A stretch of 64,000 bases of DNA from Candidatus Latescibacterota bacterium (GTDB lineage Bacteria; Latescibacterota; UBA2968; UBA8231): positions 2,080,001-2,144,000 of the forward strand of contig CBDCXV010000010.1 of the NCBI GenBank assembly GCA_965223905.1, given 5' to 3'. The notes beneath the pieces were generated by a model. The model ran no database searches, was not told the origin of the DNA, and was given only the letters and a program-made list of their open reading frames with translations. Positions 20,261 through 30,954 of this stretch are shown piece after piece. The translations under genes were made by a program, and so were the position numbers. The first letter of the stretch is position 1. Every line of letters begins with the position of its first letter.

Positions 20261-23200
20261 TCACAGGCGATTGGCGACGATCCAATCCCTGTGCTGCCTG
20301 GCGAAATTATACACATCGGGAGTACCGACTCCCGCTTCATGACGGGCTATCACCCGGTCGTACACACTTACGGCCTGCTTCCACTCGTTCAGGGACTCGT
20401 AGGAAATGCCCATGTTGTTCAGAACCCCGAGCTCGGTCTCCGTGCCCGGGTACTCCTCGACGAGTCCCTTCATTCGGGAGAGAATGCGCCGCAACGACCG
20501 TTCGTCCTCGTTTGCCATGGCCTGGCGGAAGTCGACGGCGATCTCCTGGTACCGGGTGAAGGCCACCGCCTCCCTCAAATCCTCGATCAACTTCGGCACC
20601 TCCTCGACGAGCTCATCCTCCGGATAGGCTTTCAACAGCCCCTCATAGGCCTCCAGGGCTTTTTCGTACTCCCCTTCGTTGTAGTAGTGATCCCCGATGG
20701 TGAATTGAGCGCTGGGAGCCAGCTCGCTGTCGGGAAACTCCGCCACCAGCCGGCCCAGGCTCGCCGCCGCTTCCTCTCCGCGCCCGAGCTCCACCAACAC
20801 CCACGCACCGTTGTACAACGCCTCGTCCTGATCCGACCCGGGCCAGTCGTCCACCACCGTCGAATACGCATTCAGGGCTCGCTCATACTGCGCCAAGTTG
20901 AAATAGCTCTCCCCGATCCGCAACCAGACGTCACCCGCCGCCTCGTGTTCGGGGAAATCGGCAAGCAGCCGTTCAAACGCATCTGCGGCCAGCCCGAACT
21001 CCCTCTGACCGAAGCGGATATGTCCGAGGTAGTAGAGCGCGTGCCCCCTGTTGGCATGGTCGCCATGGCGCTTCAGGAAGCGCTCGAACTGATACACCGC
21101 TTTTTGCGGCTGCTCCATCTGCATGAGGCTCAGCCCCAACACGAAGGTCATATCCGGCGCGTACATGGAGTCCGGGTAGCGCCGCAGAGCTTCTCCGTAT
21201 ACATCTGCGGCCGAGGCGTGGTCCTCGAGGCGATTGTGGGCGTCCCCGAGCAGGAAGAGCGCCTTCTCTTCGATGGAACCGCCTTCCTCCAGCCCCTTGT
21301 CGGCAGCGACGATCTCGCCGCAGATCCGCAGGACTCGATAGTAGGCCTTCAACCCGTGATACAGCTCGGCCAGAAGAAGGAGGTATTCTGCTTTCTCCTG
21401 CAGCTCGGTGGCATTGGCGGCCAGGGACTCGTAGTTCCTGCTAGCTTCCAGCTCCCGTCCCTGTTGAATAAGGGACATCCCCAGCATGCGGCGGGCGGCC
21501 CGTTGCAGCACCGGGTCGCCCGCCTCGTCGATCACGCGCTCGAAGTCGCGGTCGGCTTCACCATGCCGGCCCAGGCTCAGCAGGGCGGTTCCCCTGGCAT
21601 ACAGGGAGCTCTCCACCAAGCGGGGATGATCCGTCGCACCGCCGATTACCTCCGTGAACGCCTCCGCGGCCTGTCCGAACTCCTTCTGTCCCGTAAATGC
21701 CTTGGCCTTGATATACATGTAGCGCGTCCGCGCCTCGGGAGTGACGGCAAAGGCCAGCGCTTCGTCGACGACCTCCAGCGCCCGTTCGAAGACCCCTTTG
21801 CGGATCAGGATCTCCCCTGCCGCCACCCGCGCATCGGCAAACAGCGGCGACTCGGATCGCACCATCAGGAATGCCTCGACGGCCTCCTCCCCCTGCTCCT
21901 GGTCGCGATGGCAGACACCCCGTTCGAAATGCGCCATCGACGCCTGTGGCGAATCGGGGAAGCGGCGGAGCAGTTCTTCATAGGTCGTCAGGGCTTCGGC
22001 ATACCCCTGCCGGTCGTAGAATATGCGGGCGACCTGAAACAGCGAGCTCTCGACGAGGGGATCATCGGGAAAGTCCGCGATGATGCCCCGGAACCCCGCC
22101 AGGGCCCTGGCCGTGGAGGACGCGTCCCCTATGAACTGCCGGCAGAGTGCGATATTGAACTCCAGGGCAACCTGCAGCCGCGTTTCGGGATAGGCCTCGA
22201 GCGTGCTCTCATACCGGGAAATCGCCTCCCGGAAAAGAGGTATGGCGATCTCCGGTTGGCCCGCCTCCAGCGCCCGCTGTCCCTTGTCGTAGTATGCCCG
22301 GCCGATATTGTACTCCGCCTCGTCCACCGGAAAGCCCGTGCGAGCCGCCACCTCATCATATCCCTTGATGTAGACCTCATACTCCTCGATGGCTTCGTCA
22401 AAACGTCCGCTTTCAGAATAGCGCCGGGCCAATTGGGATTGCATCCGGGCCTGGAAGAAGCGATCGCGCACCCGGTCGATGGCGTTCCTGTAGGTGCGGA
22501 CGGACTGCTCGAGATTCCCTATTTCATAGTACATATCCGCCAGACGCCGATATCCCTCTTCGACGAAGCCCCTTTCCGCCGAGAACAGCTCGATCACCCG
22601 CTCGAACGCCTCGGTCGCCTTGTCGAGCTCCCCCAGCTTCGCATACCCGTCGCCGATCTTTAGCTGCGCCTTGGCGGCGAGTTCCAGCGCCGTCTCGTCC
22701 ACCAGTCCCGCCAGCTTCTCCCGCCGCATCTTCATCAGATCTCGCTCGGTCAAGCCGTACACGTTGGCCCGCGCCACCAGCTGCTCGTAGTGCCTGATCG
22801 CCTTCTCGTAGTCGTTCTGGAGATAATAGCATTCGGCGATCTGAAACTGCGCCCGATCCGCCCTGAAGCCGGTGGGAGAATGCCGGATCAGCGCCTCGAA
22901 CGCCCGTATGCTCGATTCGTAGTCCCCCTGGTCATAGTGCGACCAGGCGATATCGTACAGCGCGTTCCGCACGAACTTGCTGTCGGGGTACTTCGCTATG
23001 AGAGTTTGCGCCTCGGCTATGGTCCTTTCGTAATCCTTCGCCTCGTACCAGGTCGTCACCAGACGGTTGAGCGCCAGCACCCGCAATGCTTCTACTGTTG
23101 CCTCGGATTCCACCCGCTCGAAGAATTCGACCGCCCGCTTTAGGAATGTCCGGGCTTGGCGTTCGGCCTCCTCGCGATCCTTCCGGCTCTGCGTTCTGCG

Positions 23201-23500
23201 CACCTTTTGCAACGCCTCCTGAGCCATCTTGAAACAGGCGTTGCCCGACTGGTAGAGCGCCGCTTCGGTGATCGGCGCCGTAATTTCGCCTACCGTTACG
23301 GTGACCTTCTCGACATCGAGCAGCAGGCTACGCACCTTGCCGACCTTTTCATACTGCTCGACCGCCTGGTCGTATGCCTCCGCCCCGTAGAAGCGTTGCG
23401 CTTCCTGGAAAGTGGCCTGCAGGTCCTCCTCGGTCGGCACATGTCGGGTCCAGGCCGTAACCCCCAGACCCAACGTCATCATGATCCACGCAAGAGGCAT
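20261..23500 (-). CDS. Large TPR protein (YbgF/BamD-like repeats)
   Basis: More than 20 TPR units ending in YPDS/FPDS; signal peptide; GGAG RBS before ATG 23500. Confidence 0.88.
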   Translation of the reverse strand: MPLAWIMMTLGLGVTAWTRHVPTEEDLQATFQEAQRFYGAEAYDQAVEQYEKVGKVRSLLLDVEKVTVTVGEITAPITEAALYQSGNACFKMAQEALQKVRRTQSRKDREEAERQARTFLKRAVEFFERVESEATVEALRVLALNRLVTTWYEAKDYERTIAEAQTLIAKYPDSKFVRNALYDIAWSHYDQGDYESSIRAFEALIRHSPTGFRADRAQFQIAECYYLQNDYEKAIRHYEQLVARANVYGLTERDLMKMRREKLAGLVDETALELAAKAQLKIGDGYAKLGELDKATEAFERVIELFSAERGFVEEGYRRLADMYYEIGNLEQSVRTYRNAIDRVRDRFFQARMQSQLARRYSESGRFDEAIEEYEVYIKGYDEVAARTGFPVDEAEYNIGRAYYDKGQRALEAGQPEIAIPLFREAISRYESTLEAYPETRLQVALEFNIALCRQFIGDASSTARALAGFRGIIADFPDDPLVESSLFQVARIFYDRQGYAEALTTYEELLRRFPDSPQASMAHFERGVCHRDQEQGEEAVEAFLMVRSESPLFADARVAAGEILIRKGVFERALEVVDEALAFAVTPEARTRYMYIKAKAFTGQKEFGQAAEAFTEVIGGATDHPRLVESSLYARGTALLSLGRHGEADRDFERVIDEAGDPVLQRAARRMLGMSLIQQGRELEASRNYESLAANATELQEKAEYLLLLAELYHGLKAYYRVLRICGEIVAADKGLEEGGSIEEKALFLLGDAHNRLEDHASAADVYGEALRRYPDSMYAPDMTFVLGLSLMQMEQPQKAVYQFERFLKRHGDHANRGHALYYLGHIRFGQREFGLAADAFERLLADFPEHEAAGDVWLRIGESYFNLAQYERALNAYSTVVDDWPGSDQDEALYNGAWVLVELGRGEEAAASLGRLVAEFPDSELAPSAQFTIGDHYYNEGEYEKALEAYEGLLKAYPEDELVEEVPKLIEDLREAVAFTRYQEIAVDFRQAMANEDERSLRRILSRMKGLVEEYPGTETELGVLNNMGISYESLNEWKQAVSVYDRVIARHEAGVGTPDVYNFARQHRDWIVANRL

Positions 23501-23517
23501 CAACAGACTCCTGTCGG

Positions 23518-24792
23518 CTACGTTATCCACCTTGGCCAGACAGCCTCGGCCAGGTAGAGTTGGGATCGCTCCTTCTCTCCGGCGCAGTATGCAATCCAAT
23601 TGTCATCCGGAGAGAAAACAGGGTGCGGATGAGCACCTCCCATCCAGTTGGTTCTGTGCCTGACCAGTGGACGAACCTCAAGATATGAGGAGTGATGCTT
23701 GCGAAACACCCCTATCCACTCGTGAGCGGGAAAACTCGGAGCACCGCTTTCAGGCCAGTAGTGCAACCAGTAATCATCCTCCTCTCCCCCACCGCCGTAG
23801 GCGCTGCCGTCTTCACCGCGGCCGGCGAGCCAGAGGAACCCCGGGTCGGCGCGATCGCCCGCCCACATGTCGTCGGCGTTGTTGCACTTGAAATGGGTGG
23901 GCGCCAGTCCCGGAAACACCCACCGGCTGGTCGTGCGCCGGATGAGGTCGACGTCGAGAAGCATCGCCAGCTTGTCCTGCGAAATGGGAATCCCGTCCCG
24001 GTCGTAGGCTGTGTGGCGATAATGGAACGACTCGACGTGGGCGTCGGGTGCCGGGTAGTAATGGTTGATGTAGTCATACGGCTGCTGATCGAACAGCGGC
24101 ATCGGGTCGTGGATCGGCCGCAGCCGCTCGAGATCGATCTTCATGAACCAGGCGGTCTTGATGCCCGTGGGCTGCAGCCTCGAATAGCTGCCGAACCACA
24201 CGTAGGACGGGTCGCCGCGACTGATGAAGACGTGGCTGTCGGGCGCCGCCTGGTTGTCCGCGCTCGGACCGTGGTAGACCACCTCCTGTCGCTTTTCCTC
24301 GACGTCGCACAGGACCAGCAAGCCCTCCCTGCCGAACCGATAGGTGTAGCTCTCTCGCCTGGAAGCCGCGCCGCAGCCCAGGACAAGGTAGCGCCCGCAC
24401 GACGACAGGTCAGGTGAGCCGATCGGCCCGCAGCCTTCCGGTGACTCGGCTACGACTTCCTCGCGCAACGACTCCACATCCAGGGCGAGGAATTGCCGGC
24501 CGCGTCCGAAGTAGACGATGCCGCGCCGAGCGTCGACGGTGAAGCCGCCCGACGGCTCGTCGTCCGTCAGTTGCACGATCTTGCCGGAAGCCACCTCCAC
24601 GGTGTAGAGCTGTTGCGTGCCGGTGCGGTTGGAGGTGAAAACGAAACGCTCCGAGCCACCGATGAACTGCTCCTGATTGTAATAGGCGTTCGTGTTCGCA
24701 CATGGCTGGTCCGTCAGTTGGACGACGCGGACATCCGTCGCCGGATCCGAGAACTCCTGCTTCTCGGAAGGATACACATCCCCTTTTGCCAC
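23518..24792 (-). CDS. Oligogalacturonate lyase-like beta-propeller
   Basis: G.VYPSE...DP.T...V.QLT...YY...F.SNRTG N-terminus; HPHPVFSPD C-terminus. Confidence 0.72.
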   Translation of the reverse strand: MAKGDVYPSEKQEFSDPATDVRVVQLTDQPCANTNAYYNQEQFIGGSERFVFTSNRTGTQQLYTVEVASGKIVQLTDDEPSGGFTVDARRGIVYFGRGRQFLALDVESLREEVVAESPEGCGPIGSPDLSSCGRYLVLGCGAASRRESYTYRFGREGLLVLCDVEEKRQEVVYHGPSADNQAAPDSHVFISRGDPSYVWFGSYSRLQPTGIKTAWFMKIDLERLRPIHDPMPLFDQQPYDYINHYYPAPDAHVESFHYRHTAYDRDGIPISQDKLAMLLDVDLIRRTTSRWVFPGLAPTHFKCNNADDMWAGDRADPGFLWLAGRGEDGSAYGGGGEEDDYWLHYWPESGAPSFPAHEWIGVFRKHHSSYLEVRPLVRHRTNWMGGAHPHPVFSPDDNWIAYCAGEKERSQLYLAEAVWPRWIT

Positions 24793-24862
24793 TCTTGACC
24801 CTCCCCTTGAATCAACCGCCCGCTATTTTCGCGATCTGCACCATGACCGTTCCAATACCATA

Positions 24863-27800
24863 TTAGAACAGCACGCTCTGCGCATACCCCAGGAACACGC
24901 GCACGAAGATCGACGTGGTATTGTAGCTCTCCAGGAAACGGAATTCGTCCTTGAACGTCAGCTTGTCCTGCTTGACCCCGAGATTGGTGGAAATCCGGTA
25001 CCCCGAGTAATCCGACATGTTGGAGAGGACCACCGTCGCCGTCTGCCGCTCAAAGCTGTTGCGCGGCTCGGCCAGGTCGGTTTCCTCGAACCACCAGCCC
25101 GGGACCCCCTGATAGCCCGCCTTCAGCTCCGTCGCCGGAGACAGCTCATAGCGGGCCATGAAGATGGGGACGACCGTGTTAGTGTGGTCCAACACCCGGT
25201 CTTCCGCCTCCCGCCGGGTCCGCTTCAACAAGAGCCCTTTCAGGGCCGGCTGCAGCGTCAAATTCCCCCAGCGCCACGTGTAGTCGGCCTGCTGCACCCA
25301 CGCCAGGGAACGGATCAGGTCCTCGGCTTGCTCCGAACCGTCGTCGAGCCGACCCCCATACTGACGGTTGTGTTCCAGTTTCAGCCGGGTGGTGATGCGC
25401 CAGCCGGGAAGCCACCGCAGGGTGCCCGATACGTGCAACCGGTTCGCCAGGCTGTTGCGATAGTTCAACGGATCGGGGACGAACTGCCGCGAATAGGAAA
25501 ATCGCCCCGACTCGTTCGTCAAACCGTATTTGAGCTTGACCGTCACGACGGACGCCGCCCAGCTGAAGACGTCATCCGGCACATCGTCCCACACCCGCTT
25601 CAGCTCATTCTCGATCAACCATTCACCCACCCCGGGACGCTCCCCGCTGTACCGCAGCCGGAGGTAGCGCTGGTCGTTGCGGCCTCCGCCGGCGATCTGA
25701 TGCGACTGCAGCCAGCCCACCGTCGCCCCCGCGCTCGTGAATGGCTGCCAGCGGGCATAGCCATGGGCCCCCCGCAGATCCCGGTCATAGGGAAGGTCCT
25801 CCTTCAGATCGTCCTCCCGCTTATCCACGACATCGTTGTTGTTGAAATCCAGACCGTACACGTATTCATCCGGATCCACTTGGTAGAGCAGGAAAGGCTC
25901 GAGATAGTCCGGCAGGTTATTCAGGTTGCGGTTCGTATCCGGGATGCCGTCGTTGTCGGCATCCTGCCCGGGGAACACCGATAAATCAGGGGGAGCTAGG
26001 CCCAGGATCTTGCCCTCCGGAGAGCTGTCCCCATCATCATTGTCGTCGAAAAAAGAGAAGAAGGTCGTCTTGTTCTTCAGGGAAAAATCGATTCCCTTGA
26101 GGGCGAGGTCTCCGGGCTTAACCATCAATCGCTGGCTGAACATGGGCCCGATTGAAAACAGCTCTCCCCCGAAACTGTAGCCCGCCGTCTCCCGCTCGAG
26201 CTGAACATACCCGGCCCGGTCCCGATGCTGGTGGCGCTCCCCATTTCCCTCGTAGAGCACCGGGTCGCTGCCGACCATGACCAGCTGTTCCCCGGGCACC
26301 CCGTCCCGGTAGCGGCTGTACGCGATGCTCTCCGCAAACTCCCCGCGCACCCGCAGACCCACGAGGTCCAGCGCCATGTTCACACCCCAGACCGATTGCC
26401 CGGTATCGGCCCCGATCGGAATCCGGATGCGCTCGACATTCGACAAATCCTGCACATTCCCTTCGGCGCGACGCACCGTCTTGTAGAACGGCGCGGTGTA
26501 GCGAGCATCGTGCTTGTCAGCCTTCGGATTCGTCAGACTGATGTCGGCGACTTCGATCCGGTAATCATTGCCCACCGACGCCTCCACTTCCACCGAGCGC
26601 ACGTGGGTCAGCCCCTCCAGATCGAAGTAATACACTAGGCCCTCGGTCCCATCCGCCCGCTGAACCTGGCCCGGATCCTCCCAGCCGACGAACTCGACCA
26701 GGCGATCCACGTCCGTGCTCTCGGCCACATCCTCATCGGTCGGGTCCAGCGCATAATCCCGCCGGTACAGGTAGTCGGCGAACAACGGGGTTTCCATCCC
26801 CAGATAGGGGCCCGGGGTGTGCCCTATGCTGGGATCGTAGTAGATGCTGGGCTGGAATTTCCCCGTGACCCGGCTCGTCTTCCCGACCACCGTGAACTGA
26901 TTCGTGAGATCCCGGCGCACCAGGTCCGGAGCCAGATCCGGGCGCGTTTGACCATTGACCACCAACTGCACCCCATACACCACCGGTCCGCCCCGTCCAT
27001 CACCCGGCGAATCATCTGAAATCCGCACCGCCAACAGCGCAGGGATCGTCTGACTGGCGTGCAGATCCCCCCTCAAATCGGTCGTCGGATAGCGCACATC
27101 GAACAGGTGCTGGTTGGCGAACGTGGCGCCCAACCGCAACGGCCCCGCCTCGCGCTCATAGTGCCCGGCCAGGATGATCCCCGAATCGTCGTCGGTACCG
27201 CCTTGCTGCCCCCCTCCCTGATAGTCCATATACGAGTAGGCCGCCACCAGGGTCAGGGCATCGCCGAACGGGCTCAGCACGTCCCCCCGGGCGCCATGCA
27301 GCGACACCCGGTTCAACGTCAACGGCGTGAACCGCGTGATGATCCCCTTCGTAAAGAACCCCTGCCAACCGGCTCTCCCCGAGTAGATCAGATTGCCTGC
27401 CCATCCTGAATAGTTCTGCCCTCCCATGGACAAAACCCCGTGGAAATTTCTGAGCCCGGGAGAATTGAGCATGCTGCTTCCACTCCGGATTCCCCCCGCC
27501 CTCGACTGCGCCCCGGTCCACGTGCCCAATTCCCGACCGCTGATCAGGAAGTTGCCGAGCGGATCGTAGATGTTCGACCACGGCGGTCGATCCGTCAGCG
27601 AGTCGTAGTTCCGATACCCGGTGAACGCATAGTTCTCATACACCTCCCCCGGGTCCCCCAGAAACATCCGGTCCGGGACGACCGCGGGCACCGTCGGCGT
27701 TTCCTTCCACCGGCGCTCCGCCGTCCACCTTTCCTCCTCCTGGTCCTGCGCCTCGACCCATCCCACCTCGCCCATCACCACCGTCATCGCGAACAGACAG

Positions 27801-27886
27801 AGGACGGCAGACACATGGCCCCTTCCGAAGCCGGACCGGCCCCCTGTCCTTTCCGGCCTTTTTCCTTTACGCACGATGCAGGGCAT
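24863..27886 (-). CDS. Large uncharacterised outer-membrane protein, paralog 1 (Asp-rich Ca-binding-like repeats)
   Basis: YENY.F.GYR, FTPLTL, FPGxDxDxDG.PDxNxN...EPFL.Y.VDPD block; amphipathic beta-strand C-terminus FVRVFLGY. Confidence 0.75.
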   Translation of the reverse strand: MPCIVRKGKRPERTGGRSGFGRGHVSAVLCLFAMTVVMGEVGWVEAQDQEEERWTAERRWKETPTVPAVVPDRMFLGDPGEVYENYAFTGYRNYDSLTDRPPWSNIYDPLGNFLISGRELGTWTGAQSRAGGIRSGSSMLNSPGLRNFHGVLSMGGQNYSGWAGNLIYSGRAGWQGFFTKGIITRFTPLTLNRVSLHGARGDVLSPFGDALTLVAAYSYMDYQGGGQQGGTDDDSGIILAGHYEREAGPLRLGATFANQHLFDVRYPTTDLRGDLHASQTIPALLAVRISDDSPGDGRGGPVVYGVQLVVNGQTRPDLAPDLVRRDLTNQFTVVGKTSRVTGKFQPSIYYDPSIGHTPGPYLGMETPLFADYLYRRDYALDPTDEDVAESTDVDRLVEFVGWEDPGQVQRADGTEGLVYYFDLEGLTHVRSVEVEASVGNDYRIEVADISLTNPKADKHDARYTAPFYKTVRRAEGNVQDLSNVERIRIPIGADTGQSVWGVNMALDLVGLRVRGEFAESIAYSRYRDGVPGEQLVMVGSDPVLYEGNGERHQHRDRAGYVQLERETAGYSFGGELFSIGPMFSQRLMVKPGDLALKGIDFSLKNKTTFFSFFDDNDDGDSSPEGKILGLAPPDLSVFPGQDADNDGIPDTNRNLNNLPDYLEPFLLYQVDPDEYVYGLDFNNNDVVDKREDDLKEDLPYDRDLRGAHGYARWQPFTSAGATVGWLQSHQIAGGGRNDQRYLRLRYSGERPGVGEWLIENELKRVWDDVPDDVFSWAASVVTVKLKYGLTNESGRFSYSRQFVPDPLNYRNSLANRLHVSGTLRWLPGWRITTRLKLEHNRQYGGRLDDGSEQAEDLIRSLAWVQQADYTWRWGNLTLQPALKGLLLKRTRREAEDRVLDHTNTVVPIFMARYELSPATELKAGYQGVPGWWFEETDLAEPRNSFERQTATVVLSNMSDYSGYRISTNLGVKQDKLTFKDEFRFLESYNTTSIFVRVFLGYAQSVLF

Positions 27887-27892
27887 CCTGGC

Positions 27893-30775
27893 CTACCAGG
27901 CCCGCCTCACCTCGGTCTGCCGCGCCTCCGAGGCCCTCAGGCCGACGATCATCCGGATGAAGAAAAGCGAGTAGTCTATGTCCTCGATCGCGCGGCTGCG
28001 ATCCTCCATCCGGCGGCGCTTGAGCTGATAGCCGGCATTGAAGCTCAGTTCGTATCCGCCGTACGAGGAGTTGTTGGTCACCATCGCCAGATAGTCTTCC
28101 GACCTGTAGTCAGCCGAATCGTTTAATATATCGCGATAGCGACCCGGCGCCTGCACACCGAGTTTCAGCGCGGTGTTGGGACTCAGCTCATAGTCCATCC
28201 GCAGGATGGGAAAGAAGTGCGCCTCGTGGGCCGGAAGCACTACCTCTTTCCGATCCGTCTTCCTCCGGGCCATGTACTTCAGTTGTGGCCTGACCGTCCA
28301 GCTTCCCCGCTTCCACACGTAGTCCGCCGCGATCACCGAGGTCCAGTCCTGGATTCGGTTGGCCTCCTGGAACGCCGTTTCCCGCTGGAAGTTCAGATCC
28401 AGTTTCGCATTCGCGCGCACGGTGAATTCCGGGAACCACTTCAACCGGCCCTCGACGAACGCGGTATTCACCACGCTGTTCCGCATGCGCAGGGGCCGAT
28501 CCTCGAACCTCGCCAGACCGATGCCCACGAGATCGGCAGAGTTCACGCCGGTGGTGCCCACCGGCGTGAACGGGCCCAACGGCCCGAAGGTATGGTCATG
28601 GGCGTATCGATTCAGTTCGTCGGGGATGGTGTCCTCGACCCTCTTCAGGAAGTTGACCGCCTGGATCCTGCCCAACGACGGCTCGTCGTTGTTGTACTCC
28701 GCCTTCGCATACCTCATCCAGTTGCGCCCCCCACCGAGGATCTGGCGCATGTCGAACAATCCCAGCGTCAGCTGCAGCCCGTTGTCCCAACTTGCCCCGG
28801 TGAACATGTGGACCCCCTTCGAATCTCTGTCGTAGGGGTAGTCGGGCTTGTCGTCATCCTCGCGGTGGTCGATGACGCCGTTGTTGTTCATGTCGTCCCC
28901 GTACGCGTAATCGTCGGGATCGACATAGTAGAGCAGGAAGGGCTCGAGGTAGTCGGGCAGGCTGTTGTTGTTCTGGTTGATGTCCGGGCGACCGTCGAGG
29001 TCGGCATCCAGTCCGGGAAACACGCCGTCGCGGTCGGACCATGCCGGCAGGAAGTGGTTCTCCGGGAAGACGTCGCGGTCGTCGTTGTCGTCGACGAGGT
29101 CCAGCTCGATGGTGTTGTTGCGCCGCTCGTCGGTCGTCCCGCCCATGGCGATGTAATAGGGGACGGTGTCGTAGAGCTGGAGACTCCCATCCTGAATGGA
29201 GAGCGTCGTAGTGTAGTGTGGGGATATGCTGAACAGCTCTCCCCCCAGGAAACCGGGCCCCAGATCCTTTTTCAGGTTGACGTAGTACGCCGGCGCCCGC
29301 CGCTGGTGATATTGCCCCCCCAGGTCGGGGTACTGTCTGAAGGCCCAGTTCATGTTGTACTCGCCGATCAACTGAAAGCCCGATACCTCCGTCGACAGGC
29401 TGACCCCTCCCAGAGTGACCCCCGTCTGCCGCCCGTAGTCGAACCCCACCCACCCAAGATTGCTCATATCCGTCACGCGCCCCTTCGATCCGGCAACCCG
29501 GTAGAAATAGGTTGCCCGGTTGCGGCGATCAGCCTGCTCCGGAGTAGCGAGGGGATTCGCGATGTACACCTCGGACACGCTGATCTCGTAGTCGTTGGCC
29601 ACCAGCGCCTCGAAGTGCACCTCGCGAGTCCCGGAGGCGGGCATGGCGAACCAGTACAGCAGGTACTCCGTGCCGCTGGCCTCCAGCCCCTGTGCTCCGG
29701 CGGTCTCCGTGGGCAGAAAAGGCTCCGCCGCCACGGAACTCTTGATGAACTCGACATACGGCGGGATGGTGCGGTTGCGCGGGAAGTGCTGATCCAGGTT
29801 CGCGTTGGGCCCGAACCGGCTTTGCTCGAGGACCTCCGTATCGTGGCGCGTGATCACGGGCCGGATGTCGTCCCTCGGCTTTCCGTTGATAGAGATGCGC
29901 ACATCGTACACGCGCGCCCCTTGGCCATCCCGCTCGGTCTCATCGGCTATCTTAACCACCAGGTAGTCGATGAACGCGGGCCGCCTGGCCACCCCGATCC
30001 CTCCCGGATCATGGACTGGCAGCGTTCCCTTCATGCTGTTCTGCGCCAGTCCCACCTGGGTGTCCACGCGGAACTGATTCAGATACGTCAACCCGAGATC
30101 GAACATCCCTATCCGGGTCTGTGTGTATCCACCCAGCAGAAACGCCGCCAACAGGCTCCGGGACAGGCCTGCAACTTCCTGCACCCTGACATCGTAACCG
30201 ACGGTGTCTTCGAAAGGCCAGACAGCCTCCAGTTCGTAGATGGGCTTGTCCAACCGGGAGCTCACCAGGGAGAAGGTGTGCCGCCCGAAATCCCCATCCC
30301 AGCGGATCCCGTTCAACGCCGCCTGATCCATCGTCAACGAGGTGAAACGGGTGCGGATCCGGTCCCCGATGATGAGCATCTGGTTGGAGCCGACGTACGA
30401 ATCCCTGGCGAGCACCAGTCTGGCTAGGTAATCGTGGTAGTACAGACCCTTTCGAAGCAGGCTTCCCGGCTCCCGGGCTTCCGTTGCCGGATCGTCGAAC
30501 ACCGGATGGGACTGGGAAAGCCGGTAGATCTCCACCCCGTCCATGAGCAGGTTGCCGAAATCATCGAAGACCAGCGCGGTGACGCGATCAAATTCCTGTC
30601 GCCCCATTCTCCGATACCCCTCGACCGCGTAGTTCTCATACTCCGGGTACGGCCGGGACAGAAGGTTGCGGCGGGACAGACGCTGTGCCTCACCCTCGCT
30701 GGCACACAGGAGGATCCCGCTCAGCAGAGAAACACTGCAGAGCAACCCGCCTCGGATGGACACCTTCCTATGCAT
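27893..30775 (-). CDS. Large uncharacterised outer-membrane protein, paralog 2
   Basis: Same conserved blocks as paralog 1; signal peptide; C-terminal FFIRMIVGL. Confidence 0.75.
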   Translation of the reverse strand: MHRKVSIRGGLLCSVSLLSGILLCASEGEAQRLSRRNLLSRPYPEYENYAVEGYRRMGRQEFDRVTALVFDDFGNLLMDGVEIYRLSQSHPVFDDPATEAREPGSLLRKGLYYHDYLARLVLARDSYVGSNQMLIIGDRIRTRFTSLTMDQAALNGIRWDGDFGRHTFSLVSSRLDKPIYELEAVWPFEDTVGYDVRVQEVAGLSRSLLAAFLLGGYTQTRIGMFDLGLTYLNQFRVDTQVGLAQNSMKGTLPVHDPGGIGVARRPAFIDYLVVKIADETERDGQGARVYDVRISINGKPRDDIRPVITRHDTEVLEQSRFGPNANLDQHFPRNRTIPPYVEFIKSSVAAEPFLPTETAGAQGLEASGTEYLLYWFAMPASGTREVHFEALVANDYEISVSEVYIANPLATPEQADRRNRATYFYRVAGSKGRVTDMSNLGWVGFDYGRQTGVTLGGVSLSTEVSGFQLIGEYNMNWAFRQYPDLGGQYHQRRAPAYYVNLKKDLGPGFLGGELFSISPHYTTTLSIQDGSLQLYDTVPYYIAMGGTTDERRNNTIELDLVDDNDDRDVFPENHFLPAWSDRDGVFPGLDADLDGRPDINQNNNSLPDYLEPFLLYYVDPDDYAYGDDMNNNGVIDHREDDDKPDYPYDRDSKGVHMFTGASWDNGLQLTLGLFDMRQILGGGRNWMRYAKAEYNNDEPSLGRIQAVNFLKRVEDTIPDELNRYAHDHTFGPLGPFTPVGTTGVNSADLVGIGLARFEDRPLRMRNSVVNTAFVEGRLKWFPEFTVRANAKLDLNFQRETAFQEANRIQDWTSVIAADYVWKRGSWTVRPQLKYMARRKTDRKEVVLPAHEAHFFPILRMDYELSPNTALKLGVQAPGRYRDILNDSADYRSEDYLAMVTNNSSYGGYELSFNAGYQLKRRRMEDRSRAIEDIDYSLFFIRMIVGLRASEARQTEVRRAW

Positions 30776-30954
30776 GATCCTGATCGTATGAAGTCCTCGT
30801 CAACGATTTCGCCCCTTGTCGCACAGGACCGTCAATCTCGCCACCGTATCCCGTTCACGGGTGGGACCGCGCCCGCCTGTTGCGATATCGTCGTGCATCA
30901 CTGCCCGGAGACTCCTTCTGGTTCCGGCCGCGCCCGGGCCTCGGCGCGCAGCCG